A stretch of 64,000 bases of DNA from Oligoflexales bacterium (lineage in GTDB: Bacteria > Bdellovibrionota_B > Oligoflexia > Oligoflexales > JAPPIL01), in the NCBI GenBank assembly GCA_965215515.1, contig OZ244057.1, positions 2,048,001-2,112,000 of the forward strand, given 5' to 3'. The notes below the pieces were generated by a model that worked only from the letters and a program-made list of their open reading frames with translations, ran no database searches and was not told the origin of the DNA. Made by a program: the position numbers and the translations under genes. Shown here piece by piece: positions 59,724 to 64,000 of this stretch. Each line of letters opens with the position of its first letter. Position 1 is the first letter of the stretch.

Positions 59724-59818
59724 TCAGGGATGGAAGTCGCGCAGCTTGAACCCTTGCGGGAAGGAGACGAGTTCTTTTCAATCTCAAGAGTCGGCCTTTT
59801 CTTCTTCTTGCCTGCCAT
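59724..59818 (-). pseudogene. Internally deleted third array unit
   Basis: MAGKKKKRPTLE start joined out of frame to the last ~17 codons (KELVSFPQGFKLRDFHP). Confidence 0.8.
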
Positions 59819-59966
59819 GCGTCACCTGCCTCACCGAAGCAAGGTACATACCCAGCCTACCACAGGAGAACGCACCGCAACCAAGCCCGTCCTCACAAAC
59901 CCCTGCAGCGGCAAGCATCGGTGTGGTAGCGAATCGGTTTTTACGTGCTGGTATGTATCGGTTAGA

Positions 59967-60641
59967 TTAGCCTGTGCAGCCCGTGACAATATCATAATAG
60001 TTATCCATTCTTCTGTTATTGTCAATGCACCATCCATCACCGCCACCACTGCCTACTTGGTTCCCACCATCAACACCGCCATGAAGCTGCGTAGCAGGTG
60101 CCAGGCAGGGCTCGGAGACAGCTGCGCCACCCGTACTATCTACAGCAGAACCTGCATTGACAGTAATAGCAGTCCTGGCATTGTTTGTGCCATCACAACC
60201 GGGAAAAATCCGCTTTTCAGAAGTATCCGAAGCAGCAAAGGCAATTGTCAAGAACTCAGTCTCGTTAGCACCAGCCATCCAATAGCCGTAACGCGCTTTG
60301 TCACAGTTGGCCAAGCGAAAACCGAGCTTGTTAGCCTCGCAAACTGTTGTACCACCATCGCGATACCCGTCTCGTGAAGCGCGGGCATTCATGGGAGTCC
60401 CGCCCCAATGAGCATTATCGCCGTTGTAATATTCTTGATTATCGATAGCGAACGCTTCCTGTAGGGTGAAGATAACGCCAAGGTTGCTTTTTGCCTCTGA
60501 CTGACGGGCACGGGCGCGGAAGATGTTGAACCGCGGCACGGCCACCGTTGCCAAGACACCGAGTATTGCCACCACAACCATCAACTCCAACAAAGAAAAG
60601 CCAGCAAGTTTTTTCCTTGCCCAAAAAACCACCCTGTTCAC
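59967..60641 (-). CDS. pilA: Type IVa major pilin
   Basis: G|FSLLELMVVVAILGVLATVAVP prepilin cleavage/methylation motif, RARQSEAKSNL, paired Cys. Confidence 0.85.
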   Translation of the reverse strand: MNRVVFWARKKLAGFSLLELMVVVAILGVLATVAVPRFNIFRARARQSEAKSNLGVIFTLQEAFAIDNQEYYNGDNAHWGGTPMNARASRDGYRDGGTTVCEANKLGFRLANCDKARYGYWMAGANETEFLTIAFAASDTSEKRIFPGCDGTNNARTAITVNAGSAVDSTGGAAVSEPCLAPATQLHGGVDGGNQVGSGGGDGWCIDNNRRMDNYYDIVTGCTG

Positions 60642-60988
60642 GTTCCCCTCCTACCTTGTAAAAGAAACCGCGTCTGCCTGCTGTTTCGCCAAATTAGCCG
60701 ATAAGTTTAGTTTCTTACATAATTGATTGATATTACAGCAAAAATTAGAAGTCAATTGCCATCAGGCGGTGTGCCGACGACAGCAGCCTACCCGCACGGC
60801 AAACACAACCTCTACTGACCATTCTACCACACTCACCTGACCAAAACACATCATGTCGCCCAGTTTTTTCAGCTGACTAACACCCTGCCCGCAGTTTGGC
60901 AGAGAAGGCAAGGCTGAGGGGATGATGCTGGTAGATCAGAGCCTGAAGAGACCGCGCATGCCACACGAACCTACGCTGTCCGCAAATT

Positions 60989-61428
60989 TCAATCTGCCCC
61001 TCGCCGCAAGCTATGCAACTTCTCAAGATAAGCAAGCACACGGGCAGGAGCATGCGTCTTCTTCCAGTTGCCTGCCGCGTACTTGTTGGCTTCGGCAAAG
61101 GTCGGATAGATATGAATCGTGGCGAGGATTTTGTTCAGACCAATGCCATGCTGCATCGCACTGACGAACTCAGTAATCAACTCACCAGCACGTGCGCCAA
61201 CAATCGTTGCACCGAACACCCTGTCCCTCTTCGGTGCAGTCAATACTTTGACAAAACCACGATCGTCGCTATCAGCAATGGCACGGTCAAGATCATCCAG
61301 ACCATAAAGCAATACCACGTCGCTCTGCCTCAGCAACACTCAGCCCCACATGTGCCACCTCTGGGTCAGTAAACGTACACCAAGGGACAACCCTGTAGTT
61401 GACTTTGAAACTCACAGGCGAAAACAAA
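60989..61428 (-). pseudogene. Inverted partial copy of the oxidoreductase 3' end (~51818-52265)
   Basis: Near-identical on opposite strand; 14-bp frameshifting deletion; no 5' part. Confidence 0.92.
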
Positions 61429-61641
61429 AAAGTCTACCGCAAATTCACAGATGTTGAGTCCTGCGTGCCCGTAGTTCTGGCTATCGGTTATGCTGTTGCT
61501 ATAGTTCTTTCGTTGCTGTGGTGTTTTTTGTAGGTAAATGATTACATACCCACTCTCTATTTTGTGATTTTCATTTTGTTACCTTGATTGTTAAGCTTCT
61601 CTCTAACATCACTCTTGTCCCTACCCATTTACCATTCGTCG

Positions 61642-62961
61642 CTATGTTTCTTTGCCACGTAGCTTCTCGATCAAACACACCGTCTCCACGGCAACAGTGA
61701 TGGTGCTGAGTAGCAAGCGTAAGATATAGGGTGCGTCGTCGCTATAGTTGTTGGGGTCGTCGAGCAGGTCGGTTTTGGGGTCAATTTTGCGATAGTAGCG
61801 TTCTACTATCCACTTCACTGGTGCATAGCCGCTGACTTGATATTGCCAAGTTTCAGCGGGAATGCCTGTGACAGTGATGTCATCATTGTATTTGATACTT
61901 TGTTGATCTTTAGCTATCTTCATTTTAGTTACCAATAGGCTTGCAGGTGGTATGCGCTCTAAACGTGTCTCCTGGCCACGATACAAAATCTTCACCCCCG
62001 CGAGCTGTGGTTGCTGCTCATAACCGATATGCAACTCGTTGAACATAGTGCAGTAGTAGAGATGTTTTTTAATAAAGGGACGATAGCTGGACAGTTTTAT
62101 TTTATCAGAAGTAAAAGTTGCTTCTTTGCCTTTAATCAGCGATTGTTTGAGGCTACGACTCCATTTGATCTTTTTTTCGTTAAGCTCAATATGTTGATCG
62201 ATATTTTTTACATTCAGCTGCTCACCTGCTAGTCGGTCGCGCTCACAGTTGTAAACACCGATCATCTCTGCCATGTTTGCCGCTACCATGCTGTGATCAT
62301 AATTGTAAGCCCAGCCATCCCTATTTGTCTTCACACCACAGCTATACAGTGCAAAAATTCCCCCACCCCGCTTCTTATCGCCGAGCACGGGCAACTGCTC
62401 ATAGTCACTATCGCGTTGATCGAGCCAATCACCATGCTTGTCAGGTGTAATTGTTTGCCAGTTGATGTTTGTGATTGAACTGTAAGCGGATATTTTTTGT
62501 AGTTTCTGTTCGCGACTGAGATAGTCACCGATATCATGGTAGTAAATTTCTGCCTCTTTAGTTAGTCTTCTGGGGCCTTTGACTAAAAAGCTGATCGCTA
62601 CTGGTGTTCTGCTGTTTTGTCCGAATATTTTTCCACCCTCCTTGCGCGCTAACTCTCCTTTAGTACGTTGGTTACCGCGCAGATGAAAAGAATAGATGGC
62701 ATCGAATTCTTCAACTAAGCATCGCCTTAGCCCTTGTGTGCTACGTTCATCAAGCATAGAGGCATTATGGACAAAGCCTATAATACCGCCGCTGTCTCCA
62801 ATTCTATCGCTCGCCCAGCGAATGGCTTTAATGTAGGAGTCGAGCAAAGCGCGCTTAAGTGTGGCATTTAACTTAGCCATGTAGCTCTCTTGCACTCGCT
62901 TTCGTAAATGTGGATACACCGTGTTTTTGTTAGCATCGTTTTCTGATTTTTGCCCCACTGA
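61642..62961 (-). pseudogene. 3' fragment of type ISP restriction-modification enzyme
   Basis: SVGQKSEND, DSYIKAIRWASDRI, LRGNQRT.GE..RKEGGKIFG, YHDIGDYLSREQKL, GVKTNRD.W, SYRPF, LHIGYE. Confidence 0.85.
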
Positions 62962-64000
62962 GGAAGATTTTATTAGTATTATTGGTCGGCAAGGCATGCA
63001 TAATCCGCGTGGGATGAAACGTGGGGCTGAGTATGCGGAGATTATGGTGTATTTAACGGATGCTTTGACGCGTGAACGTGACACGGCCACTATCGTTGAG
63101 GATGTACGCAGTAATGTTGTGCAGCCAGAAGGTTTGGAGGTGGTAAGTTTCAGGCAGGTGGCGGGCGGGCCGCCTGTGGGCAAGGCGGTCAGTATCGGTG
63201 TGCGTGGCGATGAGTATGTGAATATTTTGCCTGCGGTGCAGCAGTTAGAGGAACAGTTGCGTGCCGTTGAAGGTGTGACTGATGTCGAGAACAGTCATGT
63301 AACTGGCAAAGAGGAGATGCGTGTGCGAGTCAAGCAAGAGGCAGCTGCGGCTGCGCTGTTGTCGTTGCAGGACATTGGCTTGGCGGTGCGTGCGGCGTTT
63401 GAAGGTATTGTGGCAACGACTATTCGTGGTCTCGATGAAGAAATAGATTTACGTGTCACATTGCAGCAAGAAGCACAGCAAGGAGCACAGGCGTTAGCTG
63501 ATATTGAGATTCCTAATCGTCGTGGTCAGCTTATTCCGTTACGGAAGACTGCAAGTTGGGATACTGTCAGTGGGGTATCGGTTTATGAGCATGAAGACAA
63601 TCAACGACAGGTGACGGTTACCGCGGAAGTTGACAACAAGGTGACCACTTCCGCCGTAGTGAATAGTTTTATGCGCGAGAAGGTTGCCGCGATGGCAGCA
63701 CAGCATCCTTCCCTCACTTTTCATTTTGGCGGTGAGGATAGCGATACTAAAGAGAGCATGGCATCGTTGCGGGTAACTTTTATTTTTGCCTTGTTTGGCA
63801 TTATCTTCCTTCTAACATTGTTGTTTAAGAATTTATACCAGCCGTTTATCATCGCAACTACCATTCCGTTGGGTATTGCCGCAACTGTTTTTGCTTTCTA
63901 TGTGCATGGCATGACGCTGAGTTTTTTGGCGATGATCGGCATTATTGCCTTAGCTGGTGTGGTGGTCAACAATGCTATTGTGTTCATTGATTTTATCAAT
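62962..64000 (+). pseudogene. Inverted near-identical copy of RND gene internal segment (44292-45330), runs off window
   Basis: Exact reverse complement wherever spot-checked except A at 63489; lacks the 5' half of the gene. Confidence 0.9.

Noticed and set aside
60755..60780. Sigma-54 promoter for pilA (CGGCAC-N5-CTGAT on minus strand)
   Set aside because: The -12 element lacks the GC; too weak to call
51818..61428. Duplicated oxidoreductase end as a DGR template/variable repeat pair
   Set aside because: Differences are not adenine-specific and no reverse transcriptase is present
62962..63183. N-terminus of the 513-aa ORF 61642-63183
   Set aside because: Antisense of the duplicated RND segment, fortuitously in frame with the ISP fragment

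Overview
Bacterial chromosomal window. Gene content (PilZ-receiver, long PstC, TolC-RND pair, type IVa pilin next to a Gld-type ABC cluster) suggests a deltaproteobacterial-type lineage such as Bdellovibrionota/Oligoflexia; this is an inference. The housekeeping backbone comprises efp-accB-accC, sthA, lon, pepA, ansA, tlyA, ggt, queE, rmuC, pstCAB, tatC, gltA, tRNA-Ile(GAU) and tRNA-Leu(CAA). It is interrupted by many signs of repeat-driven plasticity. (1) A modular 39-bp palindromic repeat element occurs once intergenically (43680-43997) and once as a clean 234-bp in-frame insertion inside a flavoprotein gene (50975-51216). (2) There are three Rpn-family PD-(D/E)XK genes, each with an SD-led internal start; one is flanked by a ~71-bp duplication of the host gene's 3' end. 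(3) A cassette-like array of small PD-(D/E)XK genes shares a 101-bp hairpin spacer. (4) Two solute-binding proteins have a double leader and modular octapeptide repeats. (5) The right end is a deleted, inverted copy of the 44-52 kb block with a type ISP R-M relic in the middle. No CRISPR array, rRNA or intact IS was seen. All annotation is by eye from motifs; no database searches were run.
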